Positions 52,344-64,000 of a DNA stretch of 64,000 nt are shown piece by piece. Numbering within the stretch: position 1 is the first letter of the stretch; every line of letters starts with the position of its first letter. The stretch lies in the NCBI RefSeq assembly GCF_018977255.1, contig NW_024704742.1, positions 40,054,001-40,118,000 on the forward strand, in the 5' to 3' direction. The notes under the pieces are model-generated. The model had not been told where the DNA came from and made no database searches. It saw nothing but the letters and a program-made list of their open reading frames with translations. Source of the DNA: Callorhinchus milii (Eukaryota). A program made the position numbers and the translations under genes.

Positions 52344-54387
52344 CGGGCAAACTGGAAGGTCACCACACACACAGTGCAGGCACCAGGCAGGGTTTGAAAG
52401 CTGGGAGCCAGGGAACGAGGTCGAGGGCTTGTCGCAAGAGACTTGCAGAGATGGGGGACAGCAGTCCAAATTCTCTTCAGAAGTAATTTGTACAAAAGCC
52501 CAACGCAACGGTCCATGCATTCAATTCCCTCCCACCCAACCTTTCAGATCGATGATATTATTTTTTATCGATACATTCTTTCCCAGCTTTTTTTTAAAAA
52601 AAATCTCTCGCAATATATTTCGACAGATTCCTTGCATTTCATAATAGTTCAGTTACCCACTGAACTCTCATGCTGGTTCGGATAGTCTTAAAATCTGGTG
52701 ACTGACGGGTTTCTGCATGTGCCCGACACCCGGCTGACTGACTCAAAATAAACTGCTGCAAAAAGTCATCCATCCACCCAACTCCCCATAGGCTTAATAT
52801 GTTTTATAGTACCGTAGTAGCTATAAAGTACTGTATAATTCTTATTGGATGCTACAGGGGGGTACCAGGCACGCTGCAGCATTACAGTTTTACACATTTT
52901 CCCACTGTTTGTTAAAAGAAAAACCTGCCTGGACTTTCAGTGGCCCCCAGTGAAATAGTTTCCACGTTGTACACTTGGAACAGTAGTTGTGCAGTTTAAG
53001 CTGCAAGTGATCCGTGGCGACCAATAGTTATGGAATGATAGATGGCTTTCTTTTACCGAAAAGAGCTAATCAGATCACAACACAGCCACCTATTTCTGAC
53101 AGAGTAAACACTGGCTGAAGTGTTATTTAACTGCTTTGTTTCAAACTGATTAATAACTCATTCCAGATTGACACGCTCAGCCCTTGCTTGTTGGCCACCT
53201 TGCCTTTTCCTACCCAAATCGTATGAGCCGAGATCTCAGATTCTCCTCGTAGTGTTTACACGGATCGTTATCGAGACACGAGATTTAAGAGTCGATTAGC
53301 ATGTGTTTAAGTCTTGGTCGGCTACCTCAGTTCCGTCACCAAACTCACAAACTACTGTTAAAGTAGAAGAACATGGAACTATTTACGCAATGCACCTTCC
53401 AATGCTTTCCTGGTTATTAAGGTGAAACCATCAGTGAGATGACTGGGTCCCAGTAATGGCAATTATGCAGGTTTTGTAGAAGCTAAATTATGCAATGGTG
53501 TACTGCATTGATGGTGTGTTGCTTGGAAAACAGAAAGAGACATAGATCTGGAAATACACATGCAAACATTGCTCACTGACTGAATGGTTACCTCCTGACT
53601 GTCGTACACAGATGTTGCTGTAATCTCAGCAGGTCGTGTACATGGCCGTAACAAATGGTAAATGTGCTGTCTCCGTGACACTCAGAGCCAATTCTCTCGT
53701 TTCTATCACGAAATGTACGCGAAGTGTCCCGTTTCACATCGGATCGCAAATATTGCACGCTTTGTTTGCAAATGAATCCGGAGTCATTACGAGCTCAGTG
53801 AATTGTTTCACAGCATTAAACGTGGTCCCATTTGTTGTGGAAGCGGCTGAGAATGTCAGGATCAACTTCTTTATCAGAATCAAATCTCTGAGCTGCCCCT
53901 GTTCCCCTGCGCTCTGGGACGCGTCCATTTCATGCGGCTGAGATAGGAGAGAGGAAGTCGCCACAAGCATTAAGTATCAGGCTATTGCTTTTCCGCCCTC
54001 TTCAGATTCTGTCACTCAACATTTCAGAGGCAGCAACTGATCACTGACCCCTACAATCAACATCTTCTCAGCAGCTGCATCGTCTTGCAAATGTTAGCCC
54101 TGAATAAGATATTAAATAACCGTGTGTGTGTGTGTGTGTGTGGGTGGGTGGGTGGGGGGTGGATGTTTTATGTTAGTTACAATGCACATGAGGCAGATTG
54201 CAAACTACTTGTGTTGTCCCACATCCCATATTTTTCAAAAGTAGAAATATGTTTTCAAATTAATTTCCACGGGCTGTGCAGTAAAAGAACATGGAATTTT
54301 CTGCATATTAATTAATTGATAGATGCCCAAAGCAGTACTGGCACAATTATTATTGGGTGCTGTCAAATATGTATAACCTATAATATA

Positions 54388-54714
54388 TAATAATAATAAT
54401 AATAATAATCCTTGCATTTGATATAGCGCTTTTCACGTCGGGAGGACGTCCCAAAGCGCTTCACAGAATATACTGTAAAGTGAGTTGACTGTATATTTGT
54501 GGGCGAACGCGGCAGCCAATTGCGCACAGCAATGTCCCACAAACAGTCATAGATTGAAAATGACCAATTTAATTATTGTTTTTGGTTTTGGAGGGATTAT
54601 TATTAGGCTCTGTGTGGAGTAAGGAAACTTGCCCAAGGTTTCGCCCTGCCTGGAATTGAACTCAGGTCTCTCGCTTGCAAAGCGAGTGCTCTAACCACTG
54701 AGCTACAGGACTCC
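54388..54714 (-). mobile_element. Full-length young tRNA-Ala-derived SINE, possible ATAATATA target-site duplication
   Basis: Head contains the anticodon-like stem-loop CTCGC-TTTGCAA-GCGAG (TGC). ATAATATA occurs at 54380-54387 and 54715-54722. Confidence 0.93.
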
Positions 54715-54937
54715 ATAATATAGACTTATTAAGTGTTACGGTTTATGCACATCCTATCGTAAAATGTTACATAACCCTCGCAAACTGAAAGGATTACTAG
54801 TCTCACAGAATAACATTGGATCTTAATCTACATACTGGATATTACATGGATTTACAATGTTTACAACTTTAGTGCATTTACAATGTACCTACATCAATTT
54901 ATATAAGGCATCTTTATTTTTCTGTTAACATCATATT

Positions 54938-55078
54938 CAGTCAAACCTGTTCAAGCAACCACCTCCATTCAGCAATCATCCAGTTTGCTTACAAATTAAC
55001 CATTCCTCAGAGGCCACCCTTATTTAAAGGCCACTTTGGCCCAATCCCCTGAATGGTTGTTGGAGACAGGTTCGACTG
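54938..55078. mobile_element. Tc1/mariner (pogo/Tigger-like) MITE
   Basis: Terminal inverted repeats CAGTCAAACCTGT...CAACCA and TGGTTG...ACAGGTTCGACTG, followed by TA. Confidence 0.75.
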
Positions 55079-55194
55079 TATTAATATTGTGTGTTCAGAT
55101 TGTCCTTTTTTGGAACTGAGTTGTCCACCATAGCACCTTACTGAGAAGCAAGGTAGTACTTACACCTGGTATGGAATCTACACTGGGTCAGGAG

Positions 55195-57080
55195 ACAGCA
55201 ACTACAATTTACACTTAGATAGTATCTTTCATGTAAGGAAGACCATCTCAAAGCACTTTCCAAAGAAGGAGTTGGGAGGAAGATGAGGAGTGGGTGAGTG
55301 GGGGGTGGGGGTCTGATAGGAGGGATGGTGGTCAAAAGTCCAGTCAAACAGATAGGCATTAGGCAGGTTTTGATAGGAGAACAGGAGGGAATTAGGTACA
55401 ACAAATTGTATTCATATAGCTCCCTCCATGCCGGGCAGCATCCCAGAACGCTTAACAATGGTGGAGCCTGATGCTGAGCCAGGGGGAGGGGAAAGGTGAC
55501 CATAGGCATGGTCGAAGATGAAGGTCTTCAGGCGCAATCTGAAAATGGGGAAAGAGGGGGTGAGGCAAATGGATTGAAGGAGGAAGTTTCATAGCCTCAG
55601 GGCATGGTGGTTGAAGGCATGGCCGTTGATGGTTGAGTGGAGGATTCGAGGGACAAGGAGGAGGCTGGAGCCAGTAGTGCGGAGGCAGCAGATAGTGCTG
55701 TGAGGAGAGAGGAGGTTGGAGAGATAGGGGAGTGCCAAGGCATGGAGGGATTTAAACACTAGAGTGAGGATCTTGAAGTCTATCTGCTCTGTGACAGGGA
55801 GCAAGTAGAGTTTGGCAAGGACTGGGGTGCGGAGTTTAGTGTGGTTGAGAATGCGGATGGCAGAGTTTTGGATGAGTTGAATTTTGTGAATAGTGGAGGA
55901 GGGGAGACCAGTGAGGAGGGCGTTTGAATAGTTCAGCCAAAAGGTGACAAAGGCATGGACAAGGGTTTCAGCAGCTTATGGAGTGATGTATTGTCGGAGA
56001 TGGGCAATGTGGCGGAGATGGAGGAAAGCGGTCCTAGTCAGGGACTGGATGTGGGGGAGGAAAGATAATTAAAGATTGAATCTGACACCTAAGTTGTGTA
56101 CAGGTTCAGAGAGTTTTAAGAACAGAATGGGTAGGTTGAGGAGGTCTGAACTGCAGGACAGAAGATTTTGATGAGAACCAAGAAGTATGGCTTCCGTATT
56201 ATTAATGGTTAACTGCAAATTTACACTCATCCAGGTCTTGATGTTTGTCAGACAAGTTGACAGAACATTAGAGGACTGGGAGTCGCAGCTGGAAGAGGAG
56301 AAGTAGAGTTGAGTCATCTGCATACATGTGGAAGTTAACTCCATGTCTGCAGATGACATCTCCTGGAGGGAGCATACAGATGAGGAAGAGAAGGGAGCCA
56401 AAGATGGAGCCTTCGGGTACTCCATAGATGTCCAGATGGGGGTGAGAAGAAAGACCATTTGTGGAAAGTGTTGGCGGTTTGTAAGGTAGGACTTAAATCA
56501 AGTGAATGGAGTCCCACTGAGGTGGATGATGGAGGAAAGGCAGTGGAGGAGGATGGCATTATCAACTGTGTCAAACATGGCAGAGAGGCCCAGGAGGATG
56601 AGGAGGTAGAGAGAGTCCTAGTCGCAGATAGAGAGGACATCATTTGTGACTTTTACGAGCACTGTCTCTGAACTGTGGGAAGGGCGGAAACCGGACTGGA
56701 GTGGTTTGAGTAGGGAGTGGTGGGAGAGGTGTAAACGAAGTTAGTTGGCAACAATGTGTTCCAGACCTTTGGCCAGGAAGGGCAGGTTTAAGATACAGTG
56801 GAAGAGCCCAAGGTTGGAGGGGTCGAGGGTAGTTTTTTTAAGGAACGGGGTAATGATGGTGGTTTTCATGGGGAGTGGGACTGATTGTGATGAGAGGGAC
56901 TGATTAATGGTGCCTGCCATCAGTGGGCAGAGTGGGGGAGGGGGGCTGGTTGATCAGCAGCTGGGTGGGGAGGGGTTGAGGCAGCAGGTGGTGGGTTTCA
57001 TCAGGTTGATGAAGGATGAGAGGGAGGAAGGAGAGATGGGGCAAAGGAATGTAGGATGGAGGCCGCGGTAGGAGCTGGGA
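55195..57080 (-). mobile_element. Degenerate L2 LINE, same family as 1262-2860
   Basis: Nucleotide similarity to 1330-2860 (e.g. GGGGGAAAGGTGACC, GAGGATCTTGAAGTC, GTGACAAAGGCATGGAC). Encodes IDFKILTLVFKSLH and LKLSEPVHNLGVRFN. Confidence 0.9.
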
Positions 57081-57229
57081 GGGGGCAGGGTGAAAGGTTA
57101 AAGGTTGTTTAATGAATTCTAAAGATGGGGATAAGTGGCTGAAAGCTGACTCACTGATTATGGGGTAGAACTGGTAGGGAGTGTGAATCAGGACAGAATT
57201 GATGGGCAGGTGGTGTGGTGGGGAATAGG

Positions 57230-57960
57230 GTCGCATAAAGTAGGGTAAGGCAATGCATGGAGGCATTTGAAGGTAAGAATGAGAATCTCAGTCAACTTGC
57301 TGGAGGATAAGCAGCCAGTGGAGCCAGTGATAGGTTTGAGGAGCCTAGTGTCGGAGATGATGCAAGCTGCAGAATGCTGGGTGATCTGTAGCTTGAGAAG
57401 CATGGAGCTGGAGAGATTGGAGAACAGGACATGACAGTATTCGAGTCTGGAAGTAACAAAGGGATGTATGAGGGTTTCAGTTGTGTTGGGTGAGGTATTA
57501 TTATTATTAGTAGTAGTAGTAGTAGTGGCGATATTGCAGAACTGGAAGAAAATGCACTTGGTCAGAGCCGATAAAAGGATTAAAGGAGAATTGAGTGTTG
57601 AGCAAAATGCAAAGGTACTCCATGAGCTGGAGTGACCAAGTGGGGAAGTTGATATAGTCAGCCTGATATGAGGAGGGGCTGGTGGGAGCCAAGATGAATA
57701 GTTTCATTTTGTCAGTGTTGAGTCAACAAAAGCTAAGACTCATCCAGGAGTTGATATATGATGGAAAGACTTACAGAACAGCAGTAGTCCTGGAATTGAA
57801 GGTGGAAACAAAAGTAGAGTTGGGTGCTTTTCACATATTTATAAAAATGGACGCATTGCCTGCAGATGTCACCAAGAAGAAGTATACTGTATAAATCAGG
57901 ACAGAGCCCTGAGGAACACTGCACTTGACCATGCAGGAGCAGAAGGCAAAGCCTTTAGCA
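57230..57960 (-). mobile_element. Older L2 fragment
   Basis: LLKLQITQHSAACII, PFVTSRLEYC-like and SVPQGSV-like relics. Confidence 0.65.
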
Positions 57961-58359
57961 GGGATAAGGTGAAGACCAGTAGTAATAAAATCAGGAAAGT
58001 GTAGATCTACAGAGATAAATCAGAGAGTAGAGAGAATATATTTAATCATGTTTTTTCAGTACTGCAAGTGAGTTTGGAAGATTTGGGGTCCATTTTTATT
58101 TTAATTTAACATTATTTCTATCTATTGTTGGAATATTCTATCTATTTTATATTATTTCTTCAAACTACACATCTTACCTTTTACAAAGTGGCTTCTGTGT
58201 TCCATTGTCTATTTTGAAGGTGGGATTTCTGAAGAGTGCTAAACCAGTGTTCTGGAGCGATGAGATTGGATGGCCTGAAAATCTCATGGCCTTAGCCCTA
58301 ATACTGTTAATGTCCTAAAATTTAAGATTGTAAGATCTACAGTTTTGTAGAAAAACCAA

Positions 58360-58500
58360 TTGGTCACTTCAATCCATGACTGTTTGTGGGACTGTTTGGC
58401 TGCCGCATTTCGCCCACAAAATATACAGTGTATTCTGTGAAGCACTTTGAGACGTTTTGACGATGTGAAAGGCGCTATATCTAATGCAAAGATTATTAAT
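58360..58500 (+). mobile_element. SINE 3' half
   Basis: TGTTTGTGGGAC...GGCTGCCGCATTTCGCCCACA...GTGAAAGGCGCTATATC. Confidence 0.75.
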
Positions 58501-59156
58501 AGTTTCAGATGAGAACAAGTCCAGCTGTGTTAGATTCTCTCACAACATAAGAGGTCTAAGGCCTCGAATCATTCTTGTTGCCTCCTCCAATCCTTCGTCA
58601 ATGCTCCAATATCCCTTTGAAGGTTTGAGTATCCAAAATTATCCACAATATTCCAAATGCTCTTTTCAAACAAAAGTGTGTATAAAACAGGTACTTCTCC
58701 TTTGCACCTATAGATCATTAAAGACATTAGTAGCTAAATTTGCAAATAAAAGCACTTTATTTGTAAAATCTGCTGCTGACTGAGACACTGCACTGATTCA
58801 CTTACTAATCCCCAGGTTCTAAAATGGCTGGACCTATGAATGTTTTCTCTAGATTGAGTAATAACTATATTTATGTACTAGATGGTACTAATGGTTGTCC
58901 AAATACTATGTTATGTCCAGTAGCTTTTTTTTCATATCTAGGAGTCTCAGTTTCCACCAGCAGTACCAACATTTTCCGAGGGAAATGGCTGTCCCTTTTC
59001 AGTGGATGGTGCTCTAAGATGCATATGTTTGCAGGATGAGTTCTTCCTGCAGACTGTAGTACAATATTGGTTGAGTTGCCACTATATGCTTCACTTAGCT
59101 AATGTGTAACCAACATCCGTCCAGAACACCAGGAGAAATTTGCTTTTCTTTTCCAA

Positions 59157-59227
59157 TAGCGCTCTGAGACGACATCCGGCATGGAGGGCGCTATATAAAT
59201 CCAAGTTGTTGTTTTGTTGTTGTTGTA
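59157..59227 (+). mobile_element. Solo 3' tail of the L2 family seen at 1262
   Basis: AGCGCTCTGAGAC...CCGGCATGGAGGGCGCTATATAAATCCAAG(TTG)n. Confidence 0.8.
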
Positions 59228-59409
59228 CATGGGTTCTTTAATATCCACCAGAAGAACAACACTGTCATAGAGGTAATTCAGGCATTTGAATGATGAGCAC
59301 ACAGACTTAAGATAAAAGAAGACAGTTGAGTGTGGTTATATCTCTGATCAGTCATAAAATTTCACAAAATTTTCAGTTAAGTGACATACTTTCCCAATAG
59401 CTTTCCAAT

Positions 59410-59522
59410 CTCTGATGTAATGTAATGTAGCACTCCCCAACTACTTGAGCTCAAGTACTGACTTTCAGCTTGATTCCACAACCTTCAGAAGTAGAGGTGA
59501 GAGTGCTACCAACTGAGCCACA
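59410..59522 (-). mobile_element. Head of an older tRNA-derived SINE
   Basis: Minus strand GTGGCTCAGTTGGTAGCACTCTCACCTC...GAAGGTTGTGGAATCAAG. Confidence 0.6.
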
Positions 59523-62379
59523 TTGACACTGTGCTGGTGATAGCAACTCCTGGCACAATTCTGCCCTCTTAAACATCATCATGTCAAGTTGTTGTCTCAA
59601 CTAATTCTGAGTGTGAGCTGCACTGAAGCTTACAATGTTAATACTGCCCCTTTAGCAAACTGTAAGCCATTTTGTTCAACCTATGTCTGTTTCCATAAGG
59701 AATCTCTCCCTCAGGAGTCAACTTCAAATTCTACATATGATCCTATCTCCAATAAAAGTCACACTATTCCCTGAAATTGCAGGCAACTGCTGAAACTTTC
59801 AGTTCCGTGAATTACTTCTCCATTGGTTTTCCTGCATTTTGGCTCTGGGTGAACTTTTTGTCGCTGTCTAACTTTATCTTAAGGTCATAGGGTTATGCTA
59901 CTCATCATTCAAATGCCTGCATTACCTCTGCAAGAGAGGCAATGTTCTTCTGGAGCTCTGATAAACTGCACAGTAATAATAATAAATATCATTATAAACT
60001 GCACAGTACTGTACCATTTTCTATCCCAGGTGCCCATTAAGTACAAAAACATTTCAACTTTCATTTTCTTATCTTCGTCAGTCAGTGCAAGTTCCAAGTA
60101 TTACTGAAAGAGTTTTTTGGAGTGCTTACAGACCCGTACAGACCCCTGGTTTCTAATCTTGCTCTGGAAGTTTTAACTGCTACATAGCTATAGGCTCTGG
60201 AACTCTCTGTAGGGTATTGCATGTTGTTTTTTTCCCTTCTATCGACATCTCTGCAGTGTTTAGTGGTTAAGAAATCAGATCTAGCAAAACACTTGAGTCC
60301 TTCCTGGCAACAAAAATCATAGTTTTTAAGCTTCAAAGTCATTTACTTTTGTCGGAATTTGTTTCATCTTTGCTGTGGTGATTTACAGTTTTGTTTCTTT
60401 TTAGCCTTTTCTTCTTTTTTCTGAGTTTGTGCTGTATTATCAGACCTCTGACACCATCAGTTTCTTTCTCTAGTTTTATGTATCACCAGTGAAACATCAG
60501 AGGCTTTATGTCTAAACAATAACACTATTCATGAAAGTCTTTGGTGCCTGATGTACTGCATGCAGACTCACGCACCGTCCCTCAGCTCTCAAGATGGGTA
60601 GTGCTATATAGACATATATAGATACAAGTATAATTCAGTCTATATACCAGATGGTGTTGTTCCAGTAGTCTCAATCTTTACACAGAGTTATTTGGAATAT
60701 TACAGCACAGAAACAGACCATTTGGCCCAACTGTGCCAGTGTTTACACCCCACATGAACCTCCACCCTTCCTAATACTCTTCCCTTACCCTTTTATTCCA
60801 TTTGCTCTTATATATCCATCAAGTTTCCTCTTAAATACGCTGATGCTTTCTGCTTCACCCACACCTTCCAATAACGAGTTCCACATTTTCACCTCCCTCT
60901 TCCTAAACGCCTTTTAGATCTGCTACTGGATATTGATATTTATGCCCTCTAGGTTTGGACTCTCTGGCAAGTGGAAACAGCCTATTAATGTTCTTAAGAT
61001 AGCTGTCAGCTGTTTCCAGCATCACAATTTATCTTTTTGCAACACATCATTCATCTTACTTGACCCATAATTTTAAAATGTTCAAAGATATGAATGTCCA
61101 AAGCCTTTCAATCTGTGACAGTGCAGGAGGCTTTGCTGGCCAGAGAGGACAGGTGGTGTGGTTCATTGGTCTTGTAGTTCCTTCCCCAGATTTCCTAAGG
61201 CATTCAATATGTGTCATAAAGTATAGTAGCAATGCATCATATGAAACTGTAATCATATCTAGTGAACAATGAACAGCAAACAGCTTACTTCCAAGCATTC
61301 TTGTGTTTCTCTCTGAAGCTGGATTATTTTATTTATGGGAGTCAACTAACCTAAAGATAAATTGATATCTGTGGGATGTTGCTGTGTGCAAATTAGTTGT
61401 TGAGTTTGCCTGCAGAAATACATAGTCACTTCATTTTACAGCAGATATTGTGAAGAGACATCCTCCTTTGTGAAAGGCAAATACAAGGATTATTATTATT
61501 ATTATTTTACAGCACAGAAAGTAATTACTTGGGCCATCAACCCTGTGCTGATCTATCCATTCTGATTTGAGACTTCCAGTTATCCCACTCTCCTCACACT
61601 CAGAAGTCTTTATACTCTTCTATTTCAAGCATTCATCTCATTTTCTTATAATATAATTTATTGACTATGCTTTAACTGTGACTTTTTTTTCGTGGAGAAT
61701 CCCACATTCCATCCACCATTTGTATAGAGATTTTTTAAAAATCTTTTTAATCTATCTTTCCTTTTAATCCTTTTGTGAATGTTTTAGAGTTGTGCTCTCG
61801 CTCATTGCTAGAGAGATCCATGTGGTCAGAAAATGTTCTTGAATTCACTATTCTCATAACTAAAAATGAGTTAGAATACCTTTGTATTTAGGGCTTTAGC
61901 CTTTAGTGGTAAAACACCTAACATTAATGACTAATGCACCGTTTGCTGTTTGTTCTGAGATGTCCATGTAAAGTTTCAGCATTTAGCTTTTCTTGTTATT
62001 GTATAGCCTGGGACTAGTCTATCAGCACTTTTATTGTATTGTATTGTTGAGTTAACTGCACATTAACAGTTAAATACATCATGCAAGTAATGGGTTTGAC
62101 ACACGGCAGATGTGATTTAAAGCCCTAAAGTGATCAATTTGCCTCTTGACTAATATACAGAACAGGCTGTTGACTGTAAAAGAACCAAATTAATTGAATA
62201 ACAAATATATTGAATTAAAACAAAGAGATCAGTTGGGGGTCAAGAGCAACTGCAACACAGCAGAACTCATAGTTAAAATACCCCAAATTTTTTTAAAAAA
62301 ATAATCTTTGAACTTTCAAATATCACGTAACCTTGTGATGTACCATGCTGCTTCCTTTTTAAATTGTGTATAATAATAT

Positions 62380-62520
62380 GATAATAATTACTGCATTTGA
62401 TATAGTACCTTATCATGTCGTTGAGACGTCTCAAAGCGCTTCACAGAATATATTGTCAAGTGGATTGACTGTGCATTTTGTGGGCGAAACCATCAGCCAA
62501 TTTTGCACATAGTAATAACC
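62380..62520 (-). mobile_element. SINE 3' half
   Basis: TGCATTTGATATAG...GACGTCTCAAAGCGCTTCACAGAATA...GTGGGCGAA...CAGCCAATT. Confidence 0.75.
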
Positions 62521-62604
62521 AATTGTGCAGTATATAAATAACAGAACACATGGACAGTGAACACCCTTTGTTACTGAGTTATGCTTGAGAGTGTTAACTT
62601 ATCT

Positions 62605-63233
62605 CAGCATGGTCCAACTGGCGGCCCATGGGCCACATCTGGCCCAGCAGGTGATTTTATCCGGCCCGAGACCATTTCTAACATTCCAACTTCTGTTCCC
62701 GCCCTCCCTCCCTCCCTCCCTCCCTCCCTCCCTCCCTCCCTGGTGAATGTCCTCTTGTGGCAGCTGCAGGAGCCAACAGTTGGGAGGACACAGCACGGAG
62801 AGTGGAAATAATACCGTGGTTACTGCAGTCTGTCAGGAAGGCAAGCGTGTCTCTTACCAACCGTGTCCTTAGCAACCGCCGGCTCCTGCCCCTGCAGATA
62901 GTGACCCTCGAGGCTGATTGAGAGAGAGAGGAATTGAGAGTGGGGAAGAGTGGGAGAGAGAAGAAGGGGGGAGGAGAAAGAGGGGGAGGGGGGATACTCT
63001 TTCTCCTTCTCTCCTCCCTCTGCCTCTCTATCCCCTCTCTCTCACACACTCTCTCGCACACATTCTCTCTCCTCTCACACACTCTCCCTCTCAATTCTCC
63101 CCTTTTCTGTCCCCCTCCCTCCTCTCTCCGCTGCCATAAAGGACGTAGACCAGGGAGGGAGGGACAGAAGTTGGAATGTTCAAAATGGTCTAAGGCCGGA
63201 TGTGGCCCGTGGGCCACCAGTTGAACAACGTTG
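62605..63233. mobile_element. Non-autonomous hAT (Charlie-like) DNA transposon with long subterminal inverted repeats
   Basis: Left end CAGCATGGTCCAACTGGCGGCCCATGGGCCACATCTGGCC versus right end GGCCGGATGTGGCCCGTGGGCCACCAGTTGAACAACGTTG. Inner inverted repeat ACATTCCAACTTCTGT. Degenerate 8-bp flanks ACTTATCT / GCTTATGC. Confidence 0.8.
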
Positions 63234-64000
63234 GCTTATGCGGCTGGTGGACCTTTCTAAAGTAGGGAATCCATGCCTGCAACAGCCTGAAGATTGGACC
63301 ATCGGATTATTTTATGCACTGCTTCATTTGTCAGTCACATAATAATGGAACAGCAATAATAATTTATTAAAAGACAATAGAAAACAATAATGAGTCCCAA
63401 CTAGATATGAAATCTAGATACACTTCATGTAAATTTATGATTTGGTTTTAACGAAACCGTATAACCATTAAGTGTTAACATTTTAAACCCTCTACAAAAT
63501 GACCCCACATTTTCTGACTTTCCTCTCACCTTGAGTTTTACCACTTTTAAAATATAACCAGACCTCAGCTGACTGACATTCTAACTTGTGCTCCTTACTC
63601 AGAGGGTTTATTTGTGTTTATTGCATAAATGTAAATGTTTGGGCAAAATGTAAGAACTGAGTAGCCTAAAATTGAGAAAACTAACACCAAGCATGTCCTG
63701 AATTAGCCTCAGGCTTCAGGCCGAGTGTTCCCAACTTCAGGGAATAAATCAGTCAAAATGTTAACTGGACTGTAGCAGAGACACTAGTCTAGGCATCTGT
63801 TTACATTACTAGTGGCTACATTTCAGCAATACACTCCAGTAGTAGAACTGATAGGGCATGTTTTGAACTAACAAATGGTGAAATATAAACTGTTCCTCCC
63901 AACCCAATTACCATTAAACAACTAATGTCAGGGTGACTCCAGCGAAAAACTAAAGGTTCCTGTTATTCCCAATCAATTTCAGCAGGTGATGAGCTGCTCA

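Noticed and set aside
51946..52644. Cys-rich and STAQH-repeat ORFs; resemblance to immunoglobulin switch pentamers
   Set aside because: They are translations of a pentamer repeat. The array lacks AGCT density, is short, and no immunoglobulin exons are nearby.
54640..54714. tRNA-Ala gene
   Set aside because: The tRNA-like head has no proper acceptor stem and continues into a SINE body present in several copies.

Overview
This is vertebrate genomic DNA. The repeat content (tRNA-Ala-derived Deu-domain SINEs, L2 and CR1 LINEs) suggests a cartilaginous fish, probably a chimaera/elephant shark; the species is an inference. Two intact two-exon NK homeobox genes lie on the minus strand in the ancestral tinman-bagpipe order. 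The upstream gene is an NK4-class gene (Nkx2.5/2.3/2.6 family; CDS 48870-48561 + 47637-47009, 312 aa). About 21 kb downstream of it is an NK3 gene that looks like Nkx3.2/Bapx1 (CDS 26128-25690 + 25350-24908, 293 aa). In bony vertebrates Nkx3.2 has no NK4 neighbour and Nkx2.5 has no NK3 neighbour, so one of these genes is a candidate fourth 2R ohnolog lost elsewhere. Just past the Nkx3.2 poly(A) site, a 2.66-kb segment appears twice in opposite orientations around a 25-N gap, most simply read as a heterozygous inversion with both alleles assembled. The rest of the window is decayed LINEs, SINEs and MITEs, an unusual non-L2/CR1 retroelement relic, a 1.5-kb interrupted CA satellite and several candidate enhancers.
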